Assembly: GCA_963753745.1 (NCBI GenBank)
Contig: CAVWDX010000011.1
Coordinates: forward strand, 81,071-145,070
Source of the DNA: an uncultured Acidobacteriota bacterium
Lineage (GTDB): Bacteria > Acidobacteriota > Terriglobia > Acidiferrales > UBA7541
Direction of reading: 5' to 3'
DNA length: 64,000 nt
The notes beneath the pieces are model-generated. The model was not told where the DNA came from, did not search any database, and was given only the letters and a program-made list of their open reading frames with translations. Each line of letters starts with the position of its first letter. The first letter of the stretch is position 1. This document shows positions 37,911 through 47,567 of the stretch, in pieces. The translations under genes were made by a program, and so were the position numbers.

Positions 37911-39584
37911 ATGGCTACGACAACTACAACGCCGGCACACACCATGCCTCGCGAGCATTACCTGAATTCGTCCTACGGCATCCGCTCCTGGTTGCTGACC
38001 ACCGACCACAAGCGTATTGCCTGGCTCTATCTCGCGGGTGTGACTTTCTTCTTCACCCTTGGCGGCATCTTCGCCGCCATGATTCGAATCCACCTGCTCA
38101 CTCCTGAAGGGCTCCTCGTTTCACCCGAGACTTATAACAAGCTCTTCACCATGCACGGCGTGGCCATGATTTTCTTTTTCCTCATTCCTTCCATTCCAGC
38201 CGTGCTGGGTAATTTTCTTATTCCGCTCATGATTGGCGCCAAAGACGTTGCCTTTCCCAAGCTCAATCTCCTCAGTTGGTACGTGTACATCACCGGTGGC
38301 TGTTTTGTTCTCTATGCCTTTGCAACCGGCGGGCTTGACACCGGCTGGACCTTTTACACGCCACTCAGCAGCGTCTATTCGAACTCCGCGGTTGCGCCCG
38401 CGGTGATCGGAATTTTCATCAATGGATTTTCCTCCATCCTTACGGGTATCAACTTCGTTGTGACCATCCACACCATGCGCGCTCCCGGCATGACCTGGTT
38501 TCGCTTGCCTCTTTTTATTTGGGCTCACTACGCCACCAGCATCATCTTTATCTTAGGTACCCCGGTCATCGCCATCACGCTTCTTCTCGTAGCGCTTGAA
38601 CGCACCCTCCATCTTGGCTTTTTCAATCCCGCGCTCGGGGGCGACCCCATTCTCTTCCAGCACCTGTTCTGGTTCTATTCGCATCCGGCCGTTTACATCA
38701 TGATTCTTCCCGCCATGGGCGTGATCAGCGAAATCATCCCGACCTTCGCGCGCAAGCCCATCTTCGGCTATGCGTTCATCGCCGCCTCGAGCATCTCCAT
38801 CGCCGTGATCGGTTTCTTCGTCTGGGCGCATCACATGTTTCTGACCGGAGAGTCCACCTACGCAGCGTTGGCCTTCTCGCTTCTCAGCTATCTCGTGGCC
38901 ATCCCTTCGGCCGTCAAAGTTTTCAACTGGACAGCCACCCTCTACAAGGGTTCCATTTCTTATGACACCCCGATGCTCTACTCTCTCGGATTCATTGGGC
39001 TGTTTCTCATCGGCGGACTGACCGGTTTGTTCCTCGCCTGTCTGGGCCTGGATATCCACATCCACGACACTTATTTCGTGATCGCCCACTTCCACTACAT
39101 CATGGTTGGCGGCGCCATCATGGGCTACCTGGGTGGTTTGCACTTCTGGTGGCCGAAAATCACCGGGAAACTGTATCCGGAGTTTCTGGCGCGCATCGCT
39201 GCGGTCACGCTTTTCGTGGGATTCAACTTGACCTTTGGCCCGCAATTCCTTCTTGGTTTCATGGGCATGCCGCGCCGCTATCACAACTATCCGCCGGAGT
39301 TTCAGGTGCTTAACGTTTTGTCCACGGCGGGAGCTTCCATCCTGGCCATCGGCTACCTGCTCCCTATGATTTATTTCACCTGGTCCATGCGCTATGGGAA
39401 GGCGGCAGGGCCCAATCCCTGGCCGGCTACGGGCCTGGAATGGACTACTGCTTCCCCGCCGCCGACCGAGAATTTCGAAGTCACACCGGTGGTGGACTGG
39501 GAGCCGTACGATTACAAGAACCGGCCGGATCTCGGACTTGCGACTTCTGTTGGGCCGCTCGCGCCGGCTCACGGAGACGACTGA
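37911..39584 (+). CDS. coxA: cytochrome c oxidase subunit I, A2 type
   Basis: [19 protein letters not shown] (YS motif, no Glu in helix VI), [24 protein letters not shown]. Confidence 0.96.
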   Translation: MATTTTTPAHTMPREHYLNSSYGIRSWLLTTDHKRIAWLYLAGVTFFFTLGGIFAAMIRIHLLTPEGLLVSPETYNKLFTMHGVAMIFFFLIPSIPAVLGNFLIPLMIGAKDVAFPKLNLLSWYVYITGGCFVLYAFATGGLDTGWTFYTPLSSVYSNSAVAPAVIGIFINGFSSILTGINFVVTIHTMRAPGMTWFRLPLFIWAHYATSIIFILGTPVIAITLLLVALERTLHLGFFNPALGGDPILFQHLFWFYSHPAVYIMILPAMGVISEIIPTFARKPIFGYAFIAASSISIAVIGFFVWAHHMFLTGESTYAALAFSLLSYLVAIPSAVKVFNWTATLYKGSISYDTPMLYSLGFIGLFLIGGLTGLFLACLGLDIHIHDTYFVIAHFHYIMVGGAIMGYLGGLHFWWPKITGKLYPEFLARIAAVTLFVGFNLTFGPQFLLGFMGMPRRYHNYPPEFQVLNVLSTAGASILAIGYLLPMIYFTWSMRYGKAAGPNPWPATGLEWTTASPPPTENFEVTPVVDWEPYDYKNRPDLGLATSVGPLAPAHGDD

Positions 39585-39659
39585 GCACTACGGCGAATTT
39601 AGCTTGAAGTACTGGCACCTTCAGAGGCGCCGGAAATCGAAGGGGAAGAGGGGTACCGA

Positions 39660-40400
39660 GTGCATCGCACCGGAGAACTTTACGGACACTTTGAGACGCT
39701 CGAGCAGCAGAAGGAGTCTGCTACTCTCGGCATGTGGATCTTTCTGGCCACCGAAATCCTGTTCTTCGGCGGCCTCTTTCTTACCTACACGATTAACCGC
39801 CATGCTTACGCCGACGTTTTTGCTTTCTCCAGCCGCACCATCGATTTGAAATGGGGCGCAATCAATACTGCCGTCTTGATCGGCAGCAGCTTGACGATGG
39901 CTATGTCGGTCTGGTCTGCCCAAGTCGGTAAGAAGAAGCTGGTCACACTGTTCCTGATTCTCACTTTGGCTTTGGGTTCGGTCTTCCTCGGCATCAAGGC
40001 CATCGAGTATCACGCCAAATATGTCGAGCATCACATTCCCGGCCTTAGCTTTGATCTCTACTACTGCACCAACAATCCTTCTGCCTGCGGCCTCAGCGGC
40101 AAGGCCCTCGAAACTGAAAAGACGGAACTGGAAGACTTAACCGCGAAGGCTGGTGGCCCCGGTGCCGTCAATGCGCACTCGCAGCTTTTCTTCTCTCTCT
40201 ATTTTGGCATGACGGGTTTGCACGCCCTGCACATGATCGTGGGTGCTGGTCTTCTGATTTCGCTGATCCTTCAGTCGTTAAAGGGGCGTTTCACTCCAGA
40301 GTACAATACGCCAGTAGAAAACATCGGTCTCTACTGGCACTTTGTCGATATCGTGTGGATTTATCTGTTTCCGTTGCTCTATCTGATAGACCGCCATTAG
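39660..40400 (+). CDS. coxC: cytochrome c oxidase subunit III
   Basis: [50 protein letters not shown]. Confidence 0.92.
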   Translation: MHRTGELYGHFETLEQQKESATLGMWIFLATEILFFGGLFLTYTINRHAYADVFAFSSRTIDLKWGAINTAVLIGSSLTMAMSVWSAQVGKKKLVTLFLILTLALGSVFLGIKAIEYHAKYVEHHIPGLSFDLYYCTNNPSACGLSGKALETEKTELEDLTAKAGGPGAVNAHSQLFFSLYFGMTGLHALHMIVGAGLLISLILQSLKGRFTPEYNTPVENIGLYWHFVDIVWIYLFPLLYLIDRH

Positions 40401-40418
40401 CGAGCTCATTCGGGAGAG

Positions 40419-40727
40419 GTGCGCGTGTCCGAACACATTGTTTCGCCCAAACTTTACCTCTTGATTTTTGCCTCGTTGATTGTTCTCACGGGCACCACCG
40501 TTTTCGCCGCCACCGTTGATCTCAACGCATACTTCGCGGGCCTGAATATCATCGTGGCCCTCGTGATCGCCACTTGTAAGGCCCTTCTTGTCGTTCTCTT
40601 CTTTATGCACGCCTACTACAGTGCGAAGCGGACCAAGCTCATCATCATTTGTGGCGTTTTCTGGCTCGCCATCATGCTCTTTCTCACTATGGGCGACTAC
40701 GCCACCCGCTCTTGGGAAGTGCATTAG
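40419..40727 (+). CDS. coxD: cytochrome c oxidase subunit IV (CtaF/CyoD-like)
   Basis: KALLVVLFFMH motif; three TM helices; last gene of the operon. Confidence 0.85.
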   Translation: MRVSEHIVSPKLYLLIFASLIVLTGTTVFAATVDLNAYFAGLNIIVALVIATCKALLVVLFFMHAYYSAKRTKLIIICGVFWLAIMLFLTMGDYATRSWEVH

Positions 40728-40900
40728 CCTTTCGAGAAGCGCACTTGTTCGGTCTTGAAATCTTTCCCATCCAAACCATCAATTTTTCTCTTGTGGGCGC
40801 GTACCGGCCGCAGACACTTCCGCCGTGCTCGGGTTCGTTTGGGTGATCTGCGATTGGTTGGTGACGGTCCGGAGGGACTTTCCAGGCACCGGTCGGTAAA

Positions 40901-40985
40901 AGTCATAGGGGGGAGAAACGAACCGGCCCAGCCCTCAATCCCCTAAAGGGATCCTCGGTTCGCCTCCCCCACTGTCTTTAGTCAT
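40901..40985. other. long bulged hairpin flanked by AGTCAT direct repeats
   Basis: GGGGGAG...CGAACC (40909-40924) pairs with GGTTCG.CTCCCCC (40957-40970); inner ATCCC-CTAAA-GGGAT; AGTCAT at 40901-40906 and 40980-40985. Confidence 0.5.
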
Positions 40986-41245
40986 GCACACGGCAAGCCA
41001 AGTGTAACTTATTTGTTTTCAGTGGCTTGTCGCTTTATAGGCGGGTAAAAATGCTCTACCCCCGTGAAAATTTATCCGTCAGGTAAACCCCTTATGGTCA
41101 AATGCCCATTCCTTTTAGAAAGGGCCCTTCCTCTATTCAGCCATTCTTGACCCCGCCGAATTCTCCCTGCTATTGTAAAGAGCTATTCTGGCCTCAGTCT
41201 ACCTACTGGGCGCTGGAGCTCCTGTGGAGGGAGCGTTCTCGTCTC

Positions 41246-44143
41246 ATGGGCCTGACTAAACTGGTAATTCGGGGCGCGCGCCAGCACAATCTGAAAAACA
41301 TCAGCCTCGAAATCCCCCGGAACACGTTGACCGTCATCACCGGCCTCTCCGGATCCGGCAAATCCTCCTTGGCCTTTGACACTATCTACGCGGAGGGTCA
41401 GCGCCGCTACGTCGAATCGCTTTCCGCCTACGCCCGCCAGTTTCTGGACCAGATGGAGCGCCCGGAAGTCGATGTCATTGAAGGTCTCTCCCCCTCGATC
41501 GCCATCGAGCAGAAAACCACCACGCGCTCACCCCGCTCCACCGTAGGCACTATCACGGAAATCTACGACTACCTCCGCGTCATTTACGCCTCTGTCGGCG
41601 TCCCGCACTGCCCCAAATGCGGCAAACCCATCTCGCGGCAGTCCAGCGAACAGATCGTTCAGGCCATTCTAAGTGGCGAGCTGTGCCAGCCCGACGATCG
41701 CATCATGATTCTGGCGCCCGTTGTTCGTGGGCGAAAGGGAGCTTACCGTAAGGAGTTCGAAAAGTTGGCGCAAGATGGTTACGTCCGCGTGCGCGTCAAC
41801 GGCGAACTTTTCCCCCTGGACGTCCCCCCCAGTCTCGACAAACGCAAGAACCACACTATCGAAGTAGTCGTGGACCGGCTCCTCGTCAAGCAAGGCATCG
41901 CGGCCCGCCTTGAGCAGTCCATCGCCACGGCTCTCAAACTCGCAGGAGGGCTCGTCACCGTCGCCGTCGTTGGCGGCAAGGAGCATGTTTTCTCGGAAAA
42001 GCTGGCTTGCCCGGACTGCGGCATTTCCGTTCCGCAACTCGAGCCGCGCTCCTTCAGCTTCAATTCGCCGTATGGCGCATGCCCTGCTTGCAATGGCTTG
42101 GGCTCCAAATACGATTTCGATCCTGCCCGGATCATCACGGACTGGACTCGTCCTCTGTTCGACGGCGGCCTGGGTCCTGGATCCAGCTCCGCGATCCTGA
42201 AACGCACGCTCGAACTTGCCGCCTATGCCTATCACTTCGATTTGGAAACGGCCTTCGAAAAATTCCCGCCGCGCATCCAGAACCTGCTTCTCTATGGCTA
42301 TCCCTCTTCGAATGGTCGCGGCGCTCCGGAACAAAAAGAATCCGCCGCTAAAAAGTCTTCCAGCGAAAAGGCATTCCGTTTTCCAGGCATCCTGAAATTT
42401 CTGGATCGCAACTTCGCGGAATCCAATTCCGATTCGTATCGCGAATGGATGACGCAATACATGTCCGCCACGCTTTGCAACGTGTGCCACGGCAAGCGCC
42501 TTCGTCCGGAATCGCTCGCCGTCAAGCTGGCCGGCTATTCCATCGCCGACTTCACAGCGCTCTCTCTCGCAGCCTCCCGCCCGGCGGTGGACAAAATCCT
42601 CGCGCAACTCACTTCCCGCCAGCACGAAATTGCCGGCCGGCCGCTTGAGGAAGTCGCCGAACGCATCGACTTTCTCCTCGCCGTTGGTCTTGGGTATCTC
42701 AGCCTGGACCGCTCCGCGGCCACGCTTTCCGGCGGTGAAGCCCAGCGCATTCGCCTTGCCACCCAGATCGGCTCGCGCCTCCGCGGCGTTCTTTACGTTC
42801 TTGATGAGCCGTCCATCGGCCTTCACGCACGAGACAACGATCGACTTCTCGGTTCTCTCGAACAGCTCCGCAATCTTGGCAACACCGTCCTCGTCGTCGA
42901 GCATGACGAAGACACCATTCGCCGCGCCGATTTTGTCGTTGATCTGGGCCCTGGCGCAGGCGACGCTGGAGGCTATCTCGTTGCTCAAGGCAAGCCCGAG
43001 CAGATCGCTGCCAGCGCCGAATCGCTCACGGGACGCTATCTCAGTGGTGCTTTGCGCATTGCTATCCCGGAAAAGCGCCGCAGCCCCAACGGCAAAGCCA
43101 TCCAGATTCTTGGCGCGAGCGCAAATAACTTGAAAGACGTCGACGTGACGCTTCCTTTGGGTCTGCTCACTGTCGTCACCGGCGTCTCCGGCTCGGGCAA
43201 ATCCACCCTCGTCAACGACATTCTCTATCGCTCTCTCGCCCAGAAACTCTATCGTTCCATGGAGCCGCCAGGCGCGCACCGCGAACTCCTCGGCGCCGAC
43301 CAGATTGATAAAGTCATCGAGATCGATCAAGCTCCCATTGGCCGCACGCCGCGTTCAAATCCCGCCACCTACACCGGAGTTTTCGCGCCCATTCGCGAGC
43401 TCTTTGCCATGCTTCCGGAATCGCGCGAGCGCGGCTATCGGCCCGGCCGCTTCAGCTTCAATGTGAAGGGCGGCCGCTGCGAAGCCTGCCAGGGCGACGG
43501 ACTCCGCCGCATCGAAATGAATTTCCTCCCCGACGTCTACGTCATGTGCGAAGTCTGCCGCGGCAAACGCTACAATTCGGAAACTCTCACTGTTCGCTAC
43601 AAGGGCCACACCATCAGCGACATTCTCAACCTGCCCTCTTCCGACGCGCTGAAGCTCCTCGAAAATATTCCGCAAATTCAGCAAAAGCTTTCGACGCTCG
43701 TTGAAGTCGGCCTCGGATACGTCACGCTCGGCCAATCCGCAACCACGCTCTCGGGAGGCGAAGCTCAGCGCATCAAGCTCGCCCGCGAGCTTTCCAAACG
43801 CCAGACCGGCCGCACTCTCTACATCCTCGATGAACCCACCACTGGCCTGCACTTTGACGACGTTCGCAAACTCCTCGACGTCCTTCAGCGTCTCGTCGCT
43901 CTCGGCAACACCGTCCTCATCATTGAGCATCACCTCGACGTCATCAAACAGGCCGATTGGATCATCGATCTTGGCCCCGAAGGGGGCGAAGGCGGCGGCC
44001 GCATCGTCGCCCAAGGCCCGCCCGAACTCGTCGCCCGCACAAAGAAGTCCTATACTGGCCAGGCTCTCGCTCGCGTCCTCGGCCTCTCCAACAACGGCCA
44101 CGCGAATGGACACAACCCCAGCAGCGCTCCCTCAGCCAAATGA
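41246..44143 (+). CDS. uvrA: excinuclease ABC subunit A
   Basis: [24 protein letters not shown], zinc fingers, two LSGGEAQRI motifs, GVSGSGKST; SD GGAGG before ATG 41246. Confidence 0.97.
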   Translation: MGLTKLVIRGARQHNLKNISLEIPRNTLTVITGLSGSGKSSLAFDTIYAEGQRRYVESLSAYARQFLDQMERPEVDVIEGLSPSIAIEQKTTTRSPRSTVGTITEIYDYLRVIYASVGVPHCPKCGKPISRQSSEQIVQAILSGELCQPDDRIMILAPVVRGRKGAYRKEFEKLAQDGYVRVRVNGELFPLDVPPSLDKRKNHTIEVVVDRLLVKQGIAARLEQSIATALKLAGGLVTVAVVGGKEHVFSEKLACPDCGISVPQLEPRSFSFNSPYGACPACNGLGSKYDFDPARIITDWTRPLFDGGLGPGSSSAILKRTLELAAYAYHFDLETAFEKFPPRIQNLLLYGYPSSNGRGAPEQKESAAKKSSSEKAFRFPGILKFLDRNFAESNSDSYREWMTQYMSATLCNVCHGKRLRPESLAVKLAGYSIADFTALSLAASRPAVDKILAQLTSRQHEIAGRPLEEVAERIDFLLAVGLGYLSLDRSAATLSGGEAQRIRLATQIGSRLRGVLYVLDEPSIGLHARDNDRLLGSLEQLRNLGNTVLVVEHDEDTIRRADFVVDLGPGAGDAGGYLVAQGKPEQIAASAESLTGRYLSGALRIAIPEKRRSPNGKAIQILGASANNLKDVDVTLPLGLLTVVTGVSGSGKSTLVNDILYRSLAQKLYRSMEPPGAHRELLGADQIDKVIEIDQAPIGRTPRSNPATYTGVFAPIRELFAMLPESRERGYRPGRFSFNVKGGRCEACQGDGLRRIEMNFLPDVYVMCEVCRGKRYNSETLTVRYKGHTISDILNLPSSDALKLLENIPQIQQKLSTLVEVGLGYVTLGQSATTLSGGEAQRIKLARELSKRQTGRTLYILDEPTTGLHFDDVRKLLDVLQRLVALGNTVLIIEHHLDVIKQADWIIDLGPEGGEGGGRIVAQGPPELVARTKKSYTGQALARVLGLSNNGHANGHNPSSAPSAK

Positions 44144-44163
44144 CGACCCTTGCCTTCTTCGTC

Positions 44164-44190
44164 GCAGGGGCACGGCATGCGGTGACCTCT
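44164..44190. repeat. degenerate REP-like palindrome
   Basis: GCAGGGGCACGGCATGCGGTGACCTCT resembles the element at 13348. Confidence 0.5.
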
Positions 44191-44252
44191 CTTCGCACGC
44201 CTCCTGCCTGCTTGGTATCAAGCCACTCGCGCGATACAGTATGTAAACCTCT

Positions 44253-45257
44253 ATGAGCATCTACTCCACCCCGCCCCTCACCTTCGGCGCAGTTCGCACG
44301 TATCCACTCTCTTCTCGCAGGAGCAAAGTGAATGTCCGCCACTTTGCCAAACCTCCTGTCTCCCACGCCTCTCTGACAAAATTTCTCGACTCACTTCCAC
44401 ATTTTCTTGCTGCGGACGATTTGCGCCATCTCCTCGCCGCCATTCATCGCGCTCGAAAGCAACGCCGCGCCATCCTTTGGGGCATCGGTGGTCACGTGAT
44501 CAAAGTTGGCCTCGGTCCCATCCTCATTGATCTCATGCGCCGCGGCTTCGTCTCCGGAATCGCCATGAACGGCGCCGCCCTCATCCATGATTTCGAAATC
44601 GCTCTTGCCGGAAACACCTCCGAAGATGTCGAAGCCGGTCTCGGCGCCGGCCGGTTCGGCATGGCCAGCGAAACCGGGGAGTACGTCAACGAATTTTCAA
44701 AGCTCGCGGCTCGCCTCCACATCGGTTACGGCGAAGCCGCCGGACAATTTCTGAATAGCGGGATCTTGAACGTAAAGCACGCCGCCTCCAGCGTCCTGGT
44801 CGCCGCTTACAAGCAACGCATTCCCGTCACCATTCATCTCGCCATTGGCACCGACATTCCGCACATGCATCCCGCCGCCGACGGCCCTTGCCTCGGCGCC
44901 GCCACCTTTCTCGATTTCCGCCTCTTCTGCGCTCTCGTGAAACAAATGCATCCCGGCGGTGTCTACTTGAACTGGGGATCAGCCGTGCTTCTTCCCGAGG
45001 TTTTTCTGAAGGCCGTGAGCGTCGTCCGCAATCTCGGTGTGCCCTTGCAGCCAATCACTACAGCGAACTTCGACTTTATCCAGCACTACCGTCCATTGCA
45101 GAATGTAGTGAAGCGTCCCACCGTTTCCCAACGCGGCGGCCGCAAATCCCAATCGCGCGGCTACGCCATCACGGGCCACCACGAACTGCTCCTGCCTCTG
45201 GTTGCCGCTGCGCTGGCCGCGGGCTGGCCGAAAACGTCGCGCCAAGGCAAACCATGA
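44253..45257 (+). CDS. deoxyhypusine-synthase-like uncharacterised protein
   Basis: GGHVIKVGL, AMNGAALIHDFE, SEDV, HLAIGTDI, WGSAVLLPEVFLKA motifs recalled for a bacterial DHS-like family. Confidence 0.7.
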   Translation: MSIYSTPPLTFGAVRTYPLSSRRSKVNVRHFAKPPVSHASLTKFLDSLPHFLAADDLRHLLAAIHRARKQRRAILWGIGGHVIKVGLGPILIDLMRRGFVSGIAMNGAALIHDFEIALAGNTSEDVEAGLGAGRFGMASETGEYVNEFSKLAARLHIGYGEAAGQFLNSGILNVKHAASSVLVAAYKQRIPVTIHLAIGTDIPHMHPAADGPCLGAATFLDFRLFCALVKQMHPGGVYLNWGSAVLLPEVFLKAVSVVRNLGVPLQPITTANFDFIQHYRPLQNVVKRPTVSQRGGRKSQSRGYAITGHHELLLPLVAAALAAGWPKTSRQGKP

Positions 45258-46213
45258 ACGTCTTCGACGAAAATTCATCTCTCCCGCCCGGTCAGGAAAC
45301 CCTTTCGAAATCTCCCGAAGATTCCGGCGCTGGCGCCGCTCAGCCTCCTTCCGCTCCCGCCGAACCGCCCCTGGCAGGCGATCCCATCACCCTCGCCGCC
45401 ACCGTTCCTCCAACGCTTACCACCTACTCCCATAAATCACTCCTGCCCGAGGATCTGCGCATCTCCTGGTCCTGGACGCATCTCGTCCTGTTTCTTTTTT
45501 TTGGATTCTTTAGCTTGATTTTCATCCAGGCGGGCTTTGCGATTTACTACGCCCCCCTCCACCATTTCTCCAATGAAAAGGATTTCGAACGGTTCGTCAT
45601 GTCAAAGCCGGTGTTCGCCATCGGCAGCATGGTTCTTTGGTACGCCTTCATTTTCCTTTTTCTCTACGTCACCTTGGCGGTTCTTCGTGGCTTTCCGTTT
45701 TGGCGCACGCTCGGTTGGAGAAGAATCACGCGGCGCAACGGCGGCGCGCCGCGGAGTCCCTGGATCTATTTTTTTTCCGGCTGCGCTCTTTCCCTCGTGG
45801 TATTCGTTGTTACCGCGAAGGTCCAGCCGCCGGAAAATGTGCCCATCGAAGAGCTGTTCCGCTACAAGAACACGGCCTTGCTCTTTATGGCCATGGCTGT
45901 TTTGGTGGCTCCGCTCGTCGAGGAAACCGTATTTCGCGGTTATCTCTACCCTTTGCTAGCAAAATCCTTCGGCGTAGCCACCAGCGTAATCGTTACCGGA
46001 GTCCTTTTCGGACTGATGCACGGCGCGCAGCTCGGCTGGACTTGGCGCCTTGTTTTGGTGCTTATCGTCGTCGGTATCATCTTCACATTCGCTCGTGCCC
46101 GCACTGGCTCCGTATTCGCCAGTTTTTTGCTGCACCTCGGCTACAACTCCATGATCGCCGCGGTAACCATTCTCGGCACCCAAGGCTTCACAAAAATGCC
46201 CTCCGCCCACTGA
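45254..46213 (+). CDS. CPBP (CAAX/Abi) family intramembrane glutamic endopeptidase
   Basis: [24 protein letters not shown] motifs; ATGA overlap with the upstream gene. Confidence 0.9.
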   Translation: MNVFDENSSLPPGQETLSKSPEDSGAGAAQPPSAPAEPPLAGDPITLAATVPPTLTTYSHKSLLPEDLRISWSWTHLVLFLFFGFFSLIFIQAGFAIYYAPLHHFSNEKDFERFVMSKPVFAIGSMVLWYAFIFLFLYVTLAVLRGFPFWRTLGWRRITRRNGGAPRSPWIYFFSGCALSLVVFVVTAKVQPPENVPIEELFRYKNTALLFMAMAVLVAPLVEETVFRGYLYPLLAKSFGVATSVIVTGVLFGLMHGAQLGWTWRLVLVLIVVGIIFTFARARTGSVFASFLLHLGYNSMIAAVTILGTQGFTKMPSAH

Positions 46214-46272
46214 CCGATTCGTTTTCTTCGCCAGCGTTCGCTACAATGATTCGTTCCGAGGTCTCAACAGGA

Positions 46273-47346
46273 ATGTACGTAGCACAGCCCATCCAATGGA
46301 CCGACCGTGGCGTGGTCATGCTCGACCAGCGCCTTCTTCCCGCCCAGGAAGTCAGCTACACGTACACCGATTATCGCGAAGTCGCTAAAGCCATCCGCGA
46401 CATGGTCATTCGAGGCGCCCCAGCGATTGGCGTCGCGGCAGCGATGGGAGCCGCCCTAGGCGTTCTTCATTCTTCGGCAAAATCCGTAGACGTCTTGCGT
46501 ACCGAATTGGCGGAGATTTGCGAGACCCTCGCGAAAACCCGTCCTACCGCCGTCGACCTCTTCTGGGCCATCGAGCGCATGAAGCGCCGCTTTGCCGAAC
46601 TTACGGCGCAAACTTCCGACCTCGCCAAAATCCGCCAGGCAATGGTCGAAGAAGCGCGTCAAGTTCATCTCGAAAAGAAAGCCACCGACGAAGCCATCGG
46701 CCGCTTTGGCGCGGAATTCATGCCAACCAACGGCCAGGTCATGACCCAATGCAACGCCGGCGCCCTAGCCACCGGCGGAATTGGCACCGCACTCGGTGTC
46801 ATCCGCGTCGCCTTCCAAGGCGGCAAAAAAATCCACGTCCTCGTTCCCGAAACGCGCCCCTATTTACAAGGCGCGCGTCTCACCGCATGGGAACTCCACA
46901 AAGGCGGAATTCCCCTCACGCTGATCACCGACAACATGGTCGGCCATTTTCTGAAAACCGGCAAAGTCGGCGCCATCGTCACCGGAGCCGATCGCATCGC
47001 CGCCAATGGTGACACCGCCAACAAAATCGGCACGTACCAAATTGCTGTCCTGGCCAAAGAAAACAAAGTGCCCTTCTATATTGCCGCGCCCGTCTCCACC
47101 TTCGATCTCTCCATCCCAAACGGTGATCACATTCCCATCGAAGAGCGCTCCGCCGCCGAAGTCACTCATCTGCAGGGCGTTCGCATCGCGCCAGACGTTC
47201 ATGCCGCGCATCCCGCCTTCGACGTCACCCCCTTCCGCTACATCGCCGCCATTTTCACCGAACGCGGCGTCGCCCGCGCTCCCTACACCGATTCACTCCG
47301 CGCCCTGGCGTCCGCGTCTCATCCCATTGCGGCGGCCCGCCAATGA
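46273..47346 (+). CDS. mtnA: S-methyl-5-thioribose-1-phosphate isomerase
   Basis: [54 protein letters not shown]. Confidence 0.95.
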   Translation: MYVAQPIQWTDRGVVMLDQRLLPAQEVSYTYTDYREVAKAIRDMVIRGAPAIGVAAAMGAALGVLHSSAKSVDVLRTELAEICETLAKTRPTAVDLFWAIERMKRRFAELTAQTSDLAKIRQAMVEEARQVHLEKKATDEAIGRFGAEFMPTNGQVMTQCNAGALATGGIGTALGVIRVAFQGGKKIHVLVPETRPYLQGARLTAWELHKGGIPLTLITDNMVGHFLKTGKVGAIVTGADRIAANGDTANKIGTYQIAVLAKENKVPFYIAAPVSTFDLSIPNGDHIPIEERSAAEVTHLQGVRIAPDVHAAHPAFDVTPFRYIAAIFTERGVARAPYTDSLRALASASHPIAAARQ

Positions 47347-47567
47347 TTTCAAGGCTTGTAGATTTTCACCAGCGATCGTGCACAAGCGCGCGAATCTTCT
47401 TTTTGTAAATTTTCCGCACGCCCGACATCGCTTCGTGCGTCAGCGGCGCCTGTCCTGACGCGCCGCAATTGTCAGTCACCTGCTCCGGCTGCTTCCCTCC
47501 AGGAATCGCGCACGTCACCGCGTTGAACAATCGCACCTGTCCTCTACCGCCACGTCGTAAACCGAGA

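Noticed and set aside
39581-39660. Possible longer coxC N-terminus (CTG 39581 plus a frameshift near 39605)
   Set aside because: It needs an unusual start and an extra indel, whereas GTG 39660 has a good GAGGGG SD.
41102-41245. ORF-track N-terminal extensions of uvrA (also mtnA from 45637, the phosphoesterase from 50453 and the MFS from 18374)
   Set aside because: Family-typical N-termini and SD or -10 signals support the downstream starts; the mtnA extension overlaps the CPBP gene in another frame.
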